A DNA stretch of 64,000 nt from Eledone cirrhosa (taxonomy: Eukaryota), in NCBI GenBank assembly GCA_964016885.1, contig OZ024744.1, positions 92,876,001 to 92,940,000 of the forward strand, in the 5' to 3' direction. The translations under genes were made by a program, and so were the position numbers. Positions 1-12,100 of the stretch are shown in pieces (position 1 is the stretch's first letter; every line of letters starts with the position of its first letter). The notes below the pieces were generated by a model. It did not search any database. It was not told the DNA's origin and was given only the letters and a program-made list of their open reading frames with translations.

Positions 1-1536
1 TCAACCTCTTAGTATCAGCCTCATGGTACTAGACTCTTGGTATCGGGCTCTTGGTATCAGCCTCTTGGTCGCAGCCTCTTGGTATCAGCCTCTTGGTATC
101 AGCCTCTGGGTATCAGTCTATAGGTATCAACCTATTGGTATCAGCCTCTTGGTATCAACCTCTTGGTATCAGACTACTGGTATCAGTCTCTTGGCATCAA
201 ACTCTTGGTATCAGTCTCTTGATATCAACCTCTTGGTATCAACCTCTTGGTATCAACCTCTTGCTATCAAGCTGTTGGTATCAGCCACTTGGTATCAGTC
301 TAATGGTATCAACCTATTGGTATCAGCCTCTTGGTATCAACCTCTTGGTATCAGCCTCATGGTACTAGACTCTTGGTATCAGTCTATTGGTCTGAACCTA
401 TTGGTATCAGCCTCTTGGTATCAACCTCTTGGTATCAGCCTCTTGGTATCAGCCTCTTGGTATCAACCTCTTGGTAGCAGCCTCTTGGTATCAGTCTATT
501 GGTATCAATCTCTTGGTATCAGTCTATTGGTATCAATCTCTTGGTATCAACCTCTTGGTATCAGTCTCTTGGTATCAGGCTCTTGGTATAACCCACTTAG
601 TATCAGTCTCTTTGTATCAGCCTCTTGGTATCTACAACTTGGTATCAACCTCTTGGTATCAGTGTCTTGGTATCAGTCTCTTGGTATCAATCTCTTGGTT
701 GTCAGCCTCTTGGTATCAGTCTCTTGGTATCAGTCTCTTGATATCAACCTCTTGGTATCAGTCTCTTGGTATCGACCTCTTGGTATCAACCTCTTGGTAT
801 CAACCTCTTGGTATCAACCTCTTGGTATCAGCCTCTTGGTATCAACCTCTTGGTATCAACCTCTTGGTATCAGTCGCTTGGTATAAGTCTCTTGGTATCA
901 ACCTCTTGGTATCAGCCTCTTGATATCAATTTCTTGGTATCAACCTCATGGTACTAGCCTCTTGGTACCAGCCTCTAGATATCTACCTCTTGGTATCAGC
1001 CCCTTGGTATCAGTCTCTTGGTATCAGTCTCTTGGTATCAACCATTTGGTATCAACCTCTTGGTATCAGTCACTTGGTATCAGTCTACTGGTATCAGTCT
1101 ATTGGTATCAGGCTCTTGGTATAACCCATATGGTATCAGTCTCTTGATATCAACTTCTTGGTAGCAGCCTCTTGGTATCAACCTCTTGGTATCAGTCTCT
1201 TGATATCAACCCCTTGGTATCAGCCTATTGGTATCAGTCTATTGGTATCAGTCTCTTGTTATCAGTCTCTTGGTATCAACCTCTTGATATCGGCCTCTTG
1301 GTATCAACCTCTTGGTAGCAGCCTCTTGGTATCAGGTTCTTGGTATCAGTCTATTGGTATCAGGCTGTTGGTATAACCCATTTGGTATCAGTCTCTTGAT
1401 AACAACCTCTTGGTAGCAGCTTCTTGGTATCAACCTCTTGGTATCAGTCTCTTGGTATCAACCTCTTGGTATCAGCCTCTTGGTATCAGTCTATTGGTAT
1501 CAGTCTCTTGGTATCAGTCTCTTTGTATCAGTCTCT

Positions 1537-4500
1537 TGGTATCAACCTCTTGGTATCAGCCTCTTGTTATCAACGTTTTGGTATCAGTCTCTTGGTATCA
1601 ACCTCTTTGTATCAGCCTCTTCGTATCTACCTCTTGGTATCAGCCTCTTGGTAGCAGCCTCTTGGTATCAACATCTTGGTATCAGTCTCTTGGTATCAGC
1701 CACTTGGTATCAACCTCTTGGTATCAGTCTCTTGGTATCAGTCTCTTGGTATCAGTCTCTTGATATCAACCTCTTGGTATCAACCTCTTGGTATCAACCT
1801 TTTGGTATCAACCTCTTGGTATCAGTCTCTTGGTATCAGTCTCTTGGTATCAGTCTCTTGGTATCAGCCTCTTGGTATCAGTCTATTGGTATCAGTCTCT
1901 TGGTATCAGTCTCTTGCTATCAGTCTCTTGGTATCAGTCTCTTGGTATCAACCTCTTGGTATCAGTCTCTTGGTATCAGTCACTTGGTATCAACCTCTTG
2001 GTATCAGTCTCTTGGTATCAGTCTCTTGGTATCAGTCTCTTGATATCAACCTCTTGGTATCAACCTCTTGGTATCAACCTTTTGGTATCAACCTCTTGGT
2101 ATCAGTCTCTTGGTATCAGTCTCTTGGTATCAGTCTCTTGGTATCAGCCTCTTGGTATCAGTCTATTGGTATCAGTCTCTTGGTATCAGTCTCTTGCTAT
2201 CAGTCTCTGGGTATCAGTCTCTTGGTATCAGTCTCTTGGTATCAGTCTCTTGGTATCAGTCTCTTGGTATCAGTCTCTTGGTATCAGTCTCTTGGTATCA
2301 GCCTCTTGGTATCAGTCTTTTGGTATCAGTCCTTTGGTATCAGTCTGTTGGTATCAGTCTCTTGGTATCAACCTCTTGGTATCAGTCTCTTGGTATCAGT
2401 CTCTTGGTATCAGTCTCTTGATATCAACCTCTTGGTATCAACCTCTTGGTATCAACCTTTTGGTATCAACCTCTTGGTATCAGTCTCTTGGTATCAGTCT
2501 CTTGGTATCAGTCTCTTGGTATCAGCCTCTTGGTATCAGTCTATTGGTATCAGTCTCTTGGTATCAGTCTCTTGCTATCAGTCTCTGGGTATCAGTCTCT
2601 TGGTATCAGTCTCTTGGTATCAGTCTCTTGGTATCAGTCTCTTGGTATCAGTCTCTTGGTATCAGTCTCTTGGTATCAGCCTCTTGGTATCAGTCTTTTG
2701 GTATCAGTCCTTTGGTATCAGTCTCTTGGTATCTGTCTCTTGGTATCAGTCTCTTGGTATCAGTCTCTTGGTATCAGGCTCTTGGTATCAGTCTCTTGGT
2801 ATCAGCCTCTTGGTTTGAACCTCTTGGTATCAGTCTCTTGGTATCGACCTCTTGGTATCAACCTCTTGGTATCAGTCTCTTGGTATCAGTCTCTTAGTAT
2901 CTGTCTCTTGGTATCAGTTTCTTGGTATCAACCATTTGGTATCAGCTACATTGTACCAACTTCTTGGTATCAGCTTCTCGGTATCAACATCTTGGTATCA
3001 GCCTCTTGGTATCAGCCACATGGTATCAACCTCTTGGTATCAGTCTATTGGTATCAGTCTCTTGGTATCAACCTCTTGGTATAAGTCTCTTGGCATCAAC
3101 CTCTAGGTATCAGTCTCTTGATATCAACCTCTTGGTATCAACATCTTGGTATCAGTCTCTTGGTATCAGCCACTTGGTATCAACCTCTTGGTATCAGTCT
3201 CTTGGTATCAGTCTCTTGGTATCAGTCTCTTGATATCAACCTCTTGGTATCAACCTCTTGGTATCAACCTTTTGGTATCAACCTCTTGGTATCAGTCTCT
3301 TGGTATCAGTCTCTTGGTATCAGTCTCTTGGTATCAGCCTCTTGGTATCAGTCTATTGGTATCAGTCTCTTGGTATCAGTCTCTTGCTATCAGTCTCTTG
3401 GTATCAGTCTCTTGGTATCAACCTCTTGGTATCAGTCTCTTGGTATCAGTCTCTTGGTATTAGTCTCTTGGTATCAGTCTCTTGGTATCAGCCTCTTGGT
3501 ATCAGTCTCTTGGTATCAGTCTCTTGGTATCAGTCTCTTGGTATCAGTCTTTTGGTATCAACCTCTGGGTATCAGTCTCTTGGTATCAGTCTCTTGGTAT
3601 CAGTCTCTTGGTATCAGTCTCTTGGTATCTGTCTCTTGGTATCAGTCTCTTGGTATCAGCCTCTTGGTATCAGTCTCTTGGTATCAACCTCTTGGTATCA
3701 GTCTCTTGGTATCTGTCTCTTGGTATCAGTCTCTTGGTATCAGTCTCTTGGTATCAGGCTCTTGGTATCAGTCTCTTGGTATCAGCCTCTTGGTTTGAAC
3801 CTCTTGGTATCAGTCTCTTGGTATCGACCTCTTGGTATCAACCTCTTGGTATCAGTCTTTTGGTATCAGTCTCTTAGTATCTGTCTCTTGGTATCAGTTT
3901 CTTGGTATCAACCATTTGGTATCAGCTACATTGTACCAACCTCTTGGTATCAGCTTCTCGGTATCAACATCTTGGTATCAGCCTCTTGGTATCAGCCACA
4001 TGGTATCAACCTCTTGGTATCAGTCTATTGGTATCAGTCTCTTGGTATCAACCTCTTGGTATAAGTCTTTTGGCATCAACCTCTTGGTATCAGTCTCTTG
4101 ATATCAACCTCTTGGTATCAACCTCTTGGTATCAACCTCTTGGTATCAAGCTCTTGGTATCCGCCCCTTGGTATCAGTCTATTGGTATCAACCTATTGGT
4201 ATCAGCCTCTTGGTATCAACCTCTTAGTATCAGCCTCATGGTACTAGACTCTTGGTATCAGCTTCTTGGTATCAGCCTCTTGGTTGCAGCCTCTGGGTAT
4301 CAGCCTCTTGGTATCAGCCTCTGGGTATCAGTCTATAGGTATCAACCTATTGGTATCAGCCTCTTGGTATCAACATCTTGGTATCAGTCTACTGGTATCA
4401 GTCTCTTGGTATCAAATTCTTGGTATAAGTCTCTTGGCATCAAACTCTTGGTATCAGTCTCTTGATATCAACCTCTTGGAATCAACCTCTTGGTAGCAGC

Positions 4501-7500
4501 CTCTTGGTATCAGCCTCTTGGTATCAACCTCTTGGTAGCAGCCTCTTGGTATCAGTCTATTGGTATCAATCTCTTGGTATCAGTCTATTGGTATCAACCT
4601 CTTGGTATCAGCCTCTTGTTATCAACGTTTTGGTATCAGTCTCTTGGTATCAACCTCTTTGTATCAGCCTCTTCGTATCTACCTCTTGGTATCAGCCTCT
4701 TGGTAGCAGCCTCTTGGTATCAACATCTTGGTATCAGTCTCTTGGTATCAGCCACTTGGTATCAACCTCTTGGTATCAGTCTCTTGGTATCAGTCTCTTG
4801 GTATCAGTCTCTTGATATCAACCTCTTGGTATCAACCTCTTGGTATCAACCTTTTGGTATCAACCTCTTGGTATCAGTCTCTTGGTATCAGTCTCTTGGT
4901 ATCAGTCTCTTGGTATCAGCCTCTTGGTATCAGTCTATTGGTATCAGTCTCTTGGTATCAGTCTCTTGCTATCAGTCTCTTGGTATCAGTCTCTTGGTAT
5001 CAGTCTCTTGGTATCAGTCTCTTGGTATCAGTCACTTGGTATCAACCTCTTGGTATCAGTCTCTTGGTATCAGTCTCTTGGTATCAGTCTCTTGATATCA
5101 ACCTCTTGGTATCAACCTCTTGGTATCAACCTTTTGGTATCAACCTCTTGGTATCAGTCTCTTGGTATCAGTCTCTTGGTATCAGTCTCTTGGTATCAGC
5201 CTCTTGGTATCAGTCTATTGGTATCAGTCTCTTGGTATCAGTCTCTTGCTATCAGTCTCTGGGTATCAGTCTCTTGGTATCAGTCTCTTGGTATCAGTCT
5301 CTTGGTATCAGTCTCTTGGTATCAGTCTCTTGGTATCAGTCTCTTGGTATCAGCCTCTTGGTATCAGTCTTTTGGTATCAGTCCTTTGGTATCAGTCTCT
5401 TGGTATCAGTCTCTTGGTATCAACCTCTTGGTATCAGTCTCTTGGTATCAGTCTCTTGGTATCAGTCTCTTGATATCAACCTCTTGGTATCAACCTCTTG
5501 GTATCAACCTTTTGGTATCAACCTCTTGGTATCAGTCTCTTGGTATCAGTCTCTTGGTATCAGTCTCTTGGTATCAGCCTCTTGGTATCAGTCTATTGGT
5601 ATCAGTCTCTTGGTATCAGTCTCTTGCTATCAGTCTCTGGGTATCAGTCTCTTGGTATCAGTCTCTTGGTATCAGTCTCTTGGTATCAGTCTCTTGGTAT
5701 CAGTCTCTTGGTATCAGTCTCTTGGTATCAGCCTCTTGGTATCAGTCTTTTGGTATCAGTCCTTTGGTATCAGTCTCTTGGTATCTGTCTCTTGGTATCA
5801 GTCTCTTGGTATCAGTCTCTTGGTATCAGGCTCTTGGTATCAGTCTCTTGGTATCAGCCTCTTGGTTTGAACCTCTTGGTATCAGTCTCTTGGTATCGAC
5901 CTCTTGGTATCAACCTCTTGGTATCAGTCTCTTGGTATCAGTCTCTTAGTATCTGTCTCTTGGTATCAGTTTCTTGGTATCAACCATTTGGTATCAGCTA
6001 CATTGTACCAACTTCTTGGTATCAGCTTCTCGGTATCAACATCTTGGTATCAGCCTCTTGGTATCAGCCACATGGTATCAACCTCTTGGTATCAGTCTAT
6101 TGGTATCAGTCTCTTGGTATCAACCTCTTGGTATAAGTCTCTTGGCATCAACCTCTAGGTATCAGTCTCTTGATATCAACCTCTTGGTATCAACATCTTG
6201 GTATCAGTCTCTTGGTATCAGCCACTTGGTATCAACCTCTTGGTATCAGTCTCTTGGTATCAGTCTCTTGGTATCAGTCTCTTGATATCAACCTCTTGGT
6301 ATCAACCTCTTGGTATCAACCTTTTGGTATCAACCTCTTGGTATCAGTCTCTTGGTATCAGTCTCTTGGTATCAGTCTCTTGGTATCAGCCTCTTGGTAT
6401 CAGTCTATTGGTATCAGTCTCTTGGTATCAGTCTCTTGCTATCAGTCTCTTGGTATCAGTCTCTTGGTATCAGTCACTTGGTATCAACCTCTTGGTATCA
6501 GTCTCTTGGTATCAGTCTCTTGGTATCAGTCTCTTGATATCAACCTCTTGGTATCAACCTCTTGGTATCAACCTTTTGGTATCAACCTCTTGGTATCAGT
6601 CTCTTGGTATCAGTCTCTTGGTATCAGTCTCTTGGTATCAGCCTCTTGGTATCAGTCTATTGGTATCAGTCTCTTGGTATCAGTCTCTTGCTATCAGTCT
6701 CTGGGTATCAGTCTCTTGGTATCAGTCTCTTGGTATCAGTCTCTTGGTATCAGTCTCTTGGTATCAGTCTCTTGGTATCAGTCTCTTGGTATCAGCCTCT
6801 TGGTATCAGTCTTTTGGTATCAGTCCTTTGGTATCAGTCTCTTGGTATCAGTCTCTTGGTATCAACCTCTTGGTATCAGTCTCTTGGTATCAGTCTCTTG
6901 GTATCAGTCTCTTGATATCAACCTCTTGGTATCAACCTCTTGGTATCAACCTTTTGGTATCAACCTCTTGGTATCAGTCTCTTGGTATCAGTCTCTTGGT
7001 ATCAGTCTCTTGGTATCAGCCTCTTGGTATCAGTCTATTGGTATCAGTCTCTTGGTATCAGTCTCTTGCTATCAGTCTCTGGGTATCAGTCTCTTGGTAT
7101 CAGTCTCTTGGTATCAGTCTCTTGGTATCAGTCTCTTGGTATCAGTCTCTTGGTATCAGTCTCTTGGTATCAGCCTCTTGGTATCAGTCTTTTGGTATCA
7201 GTCCTTTGGTATCAGTCTCTTGGTATCTGTCTCTTGGTATCAGTCTCTTGGTATCAGTCTCTTGGTATCAGGCTCTTGGTATCAGTCTCTTGGTATCAGC
7301 CTCTTGGTTTGAACCTCTTGGTATCAGTCTCTTGGTATCGACCTCTTGGTATCAACCTCTTGGTATCAGTCTCTTGGTATCAGTCTCTTAGTATCTGTCT
7401 CTTGGTATCAGTTTCTTGGTATCAACCATTTGGTATCAGCTACATTGTACCAACTTCTTGGTATCAGCTTCTCGGTATCAACATCTTGGTATCAGCCTCT

Positions 7501-9112
7501 TGGTATCAGCCACATGGTATCAACCTCTTGGTATCAGTCTATTGGTATCAGTCTCTTGGTATCAACCTCTTGGTATAAGTCTCTTGGCATCAACCTCTAG
7601 GTATCAGTCTCTTGATATCAACCTCTTGGTATCAACATCTTGGTATCAGTCTCTTGGTATCAGCCACTTGGTATCAACCTCTTGGTATCAGTCTCTTGGT
7701 ATCAGTCTCTTGGTATCAGTCTCTTGATATCAACCTCTTGGTATCAACCTCTTGGTATCAACCTTTTGGTATCAACCTCTTGGTATCAGTCTCTTGGTAT
7801 CAGTCTCTTGGTATCAGTCTCTTGGTATCAGCCTCTTGGTATCAGTCTATTGGTATCAGTCTCTTGGTATCAGTCTCTTGCTATCAGTCTCTTGGTATCA
7901 GTCTCTTGGTATCAACCTCTTGGTATCAGTCTCTTGGTATCAGTCTCTTGGTATTAGTCTCTTGGTATCAGTCTCTTGGTATCAGCCTCTTGGTATCAGT
8001 CTCTTGGTATCAGTCTCTTGGTATCAGTCTCTTGGTATCAGTCTTTTGGTATCAACCTCTGGGTATCAGTCTCTTGGTATCAGTCTCTTGGTATCAGTCT
8101 CTTGGTATCAGTCTCTTGGTATCTGTCTCTTGGTATCAGTCTCTTGGTATCAGCCTCTTGGTATCAGTCTCTTGGTATCAACCTCTTGGTATCAGTCTCT
8201 TGGTATCTGTCTCTTGGTATCAGTCTCTTGGTATCAGTCTCTTGGTATCAGGCTCTTGGTATCAGTCTCTTGGTATCAGCCTCTTGGTTTGAACCTCTTG
8301 GTATCAGTCTCTTGGTATCGACCTCTTGGTATCAACCTCTTGGTATCAGTCTTTTGGTATCAGTCTCTTAGTATCTGTCTCTTGGTATCAGTTTCTTGGT
8401 ATCAACCATTTGGTATCAGCTACATTGTACCAACCTCTTGGTATCAGCTTCTCGGTATCAACATCTTGGTATCAGCCTCTTGGTATCAGCCACATGGTAT
8501 CAACCTCTTGGTATCAGTCTATTGGTATCAGTCTCTTGGTATCAACCTCTTGGTATAAGTCTTTTGGCATCAACCTCTTGGTATCAGTCTCTTGATATCA
8601 ACCTCTTGGTATCAACCTCTTGGTATCAACCTCTTGGTATCAAGCTCTTGGTATCCGCCCCTTGGTATCAGTCTATTGGTATCAACCTATTGGTATCAGC
8701 CTCTTGGTATCAACCTCTTAGTATCAGCCTCATGGTACTAGACTCTTGGTATCAGCTTCTTGGTATCAGCCTCTTGGTTGCAGCCTCTGGGTATCAGCCT
8801 CTTGGTATCAGCCTCTGGGTATCAGTCTATAGGTATCAACCTATTGGTATCAGCCTCTTGGTATCAACATCTTGGTATCAGTCTACTGGTATCAGTCTCT
8901 TGGTATCAAATTCTTGGTATAAGTCTCTTGGCATCAAACTCTTGGTATCAGTCTCTTGATATCAACCTCTTGGAATCAACCTCTTGGTAGCAGCCTCTTG
9001 GTATCAGCCTCTTGGTATCAACCTCTTGGTAGCAGCCTCTTGGTATCAGTCTATTGGTATCAATCTCTTGGTATCAGTCTATTGGTATCAACCTCTTGGT
9101 ATCAGCCTCTTG
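1537..9112 (+). repeat. Nested higher-order duplication: 3052-bp (218-monomer) unit, with a further 1442-bp (103-monomer) duplication in the second copy
   Basis: Marker GCTACATTGTACC at 2945, 5997 and 7439 (offsets 3052, 1442) and at 3925 and 8419 (offset 4494 = 3052+1442). Matching ORFs: 1676/4728 and 3118/7612. An internal 378-bp duplication is also present (ORFs 2068/2446). Confidence 0.88.
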
Positions 9113-12100
9113 GTATCAATCTCTTGGTATCAACCTCTTGGTATCAGTCTCTTGGTATCAGGCTCTTGGTATAACCCACTTGGTATCAGTCTCTTGGTAT
9201 CAGCCTCTTGGTATCTACAACTTGGTATCAACCTCTTGGTATCAGTGTCTTGGTATCAGTCTCTTGGTATCAATCTCTTGTTTGTCAGCCTCTTGGTATC
9301 AGTCTCTTGGTATCAGTCTCTTGATATCAACCTCTTGGTATCAGTCTCTTGGTATCGACCTCTTGGTATCAACCTCTTGGTATCAACCTCTTGGTATCAA
9401 CCTCTTGGTATCAGCCTCTTGGTATCAACCTCTTGGTATCAACCTCTTGGTATCGGTCTCTTGGTATAAGTCTCTTGGTATCAACCTCTTGGTATCAACC
9501 TCTTGATATCAATTTCTTGGTATCAACCTCATGGTACTAGCCTCTTGGTACCAGCCTCTTGATATCTACCTCTTGGTATCAGCCTCTTGGTATCAGTCTC
9601 TTGGTATCAGTCTCTTGGTATCAACCATTTGGTATCAACCTCTTGGTATCAGTCACTTGGTATCAGTCTATTGGTATCAGTCTATTGGTATCAGGCTCTT
9701 GGTATAACCCATATGGTATCAGTCTCTTGATATCAACTTCTTGGTAGCAGCCTCTTGGTATCAACCTCTTGGTATCAGTCTTTTGATATCTACCCCTTGG
9801 TATCAGCCTATTGGTATCAGTCTATTGGTATCAGTCTCTTGGTATCAGTCTCTTGATATCAACCTCTTGGTATCAGTCTCTTGGTATCGACCTCTTGGTA
9901 TCAACCTCTTGGTATCAGTCTCTTGGTATCAACCTCTTGGTATCAGCCTCTTGGTATCAGTCTATTGGCATCAGTCTCTTGGTATCAGTCTCTTTGTATC
10001 AGTCTCTTGGTATAAACCTCTTGGTATCAGCCTCTTGGTATCAACGTTTTGGTATCAGTCTCTTGGTATCAACCTCTTTGTATCAGCCTCTTGGTATCAG
10101 TCTCTTGGTATCAGCCTCTTGGTATCAGTCTATTGGTATCAGTCTCTTGATATCAACCTCTTGGTAGCAGCTTCTTGGTATCAACCTCTTGGTATCAGTC
10201 TCTTGGTATCAGCCACTTGGTATCAACCTCTTGGTATCAGTCTCTTGGGTTCAGTCTCTTGATATCAACCTCTTGGTATCAACCTCTTGGTATCAACCTT
10301 TTGGTATCAACCTCTTGGTATCAGTCTCTTGGTATCAGTCTCTTGGTATCAGTCTCTTGGTATCAGCCTCTTGGTATCAGTCTATTGGTATCAGTCTCTT
10401 GGTATCAGTCTCTTGCTATCAGTCTCTTGGTATCAGTCTCTTGGTATCAACCTCTTGGTATCAGTCTCTTGGTATCAGTCTCTTGGTATCAGTCTCTTGG
10501 TATCAGTCTCTTGGTATCAGCCTCTTGGTATCAGTCTCTTGGTATCAGTCTCTTGGTATCAGTCTCTTGGTATCAGTCTCTTGGTATCAGTCTTTTGGTA
10601 TCAACCTCTGGGTATCAGTCTCTTGGTATCAGTCTCTTGGTATCAGTCTCTTGGTATCAGTTTCTTGGTATCAGTCTCTTGGTATCAGTCTCTTGGTATC
10701 AGCCTCTTGGTATCAGTCTCTTGGTATCAGTCCTTTGGTATCAGTCTCTTGGTATCAGTCTCTTGGTATCAACATCTTGGTATCAACCTCTTGGTATCAG
10801 TCTCTTGGTATCAACCTCTTGGTATCAGTCTCTTGGTATCAGTCTATTGGTATCAACCTATTGGTATCAGCCTCTTGGTATCAACCTCTTAGTATCAGCC
10901 TCATGGTACTAGACTCTTGGTATCAGCCTCTTGGTCGCAGCCTCTGGGTATCAGCCTCTTGGTATCAGCCTCTGGGTATCAGTCTATAGGTATCAACCTA
11001 TTGGTATCAGCCTCTTGGTATCAACCTCTTGGTATCAGTCTACTGGTATCAGTCTCTTGGTATCAAATTCTTGGTATAAGTCTCTTGGCATCAAACTCTT
11101 GGTATCAGTCTCTTGATATCAACCTCTTGGAATCAATCTCTTGGTAGCAGCCTCTTGGTATCAGCCTCTTGGTATCAACCTCTTGGTAGCAGCCTCTTGG
11201 TATCAGTCTATTGGTATCAATCTCTTGGTATCAGTCTATTGGTATCAACCTCTTGGTATCAGCCTCTTGGTATCAATCTCTTGGTATCAACCTCTTGGTA
11301 TCAGTCTCTTGGTATCAGGCTCTTGGTATAACCCACTTGGTATCAGTCTCTTGGTATCAGCCTCTTGGTATCTACAACTTGGTATCAACCTCTTGGTATC
11401 AGTGTCTTGGTATCAGTCTCTTGGTATCAATCTCTTGGTTGTCAGCCTCTTGGTATCAGTCTCTTGGTATCAGTCTCTTGATATCAACCTCTTGGTATCA
11501 GTCTCTTGGTATCGACCTCTTGGTATCAACCTCTTTGTATCAACCTCTTGGTATCAACCTCTTGGTATCAGCCTCTTGGTATCAACCTCTTGGTATCAAC
11601 CTCTTGGTATCGGTCTCTTGGTATAAGTCTCTTGGTATCAACCTCTTGGTATCAGCCTCTTGATATCAATTTCTTGGTATCAACCTCATGGTACTAGCCT
11701 CTTGGTACCAGCCTCTTGATATCTACCTCTTGGTATCAGCCTCTTGGTATCAGTCTCTTGGTATCAGTCTCTTGGTATCAACCATTTGGTATCAACCTCT
11801 TGGTATCAGTCACTTGGTATCAGTCTATTGGTATCAGTCTATTGGTATCAGGCTCTTGGTATAACCCATATGGTATCAGTCTCTTGATATCAACTTCTTG
11901 GTAGCAGCCTCTTGGTATCAACCTCTTGGTATCAGTCTTTTGATATCAACCCCTTGGTATCAGCCTATTGGTATCAGTCTATTGGTATCAGTCTCTTGGT
12001 ATCAGTCTCTTGATATCAACCTCTTGGTATCAGTCTCTTGGTATCGACCTCTTGGTATCAACCTCTTGGTATCAGTCTCTTGGTATCAACCTCTTGGTAT

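Noticed and set aside
697-705. The 15-nt insertion monomer contains GGTTGTCAG, which also occurs in the 8-bp array (62487)
   Set aside because: It is explained by one insertion plus the common GGTGTC variant. A 9-nt match is too short to imply sequence transfer.
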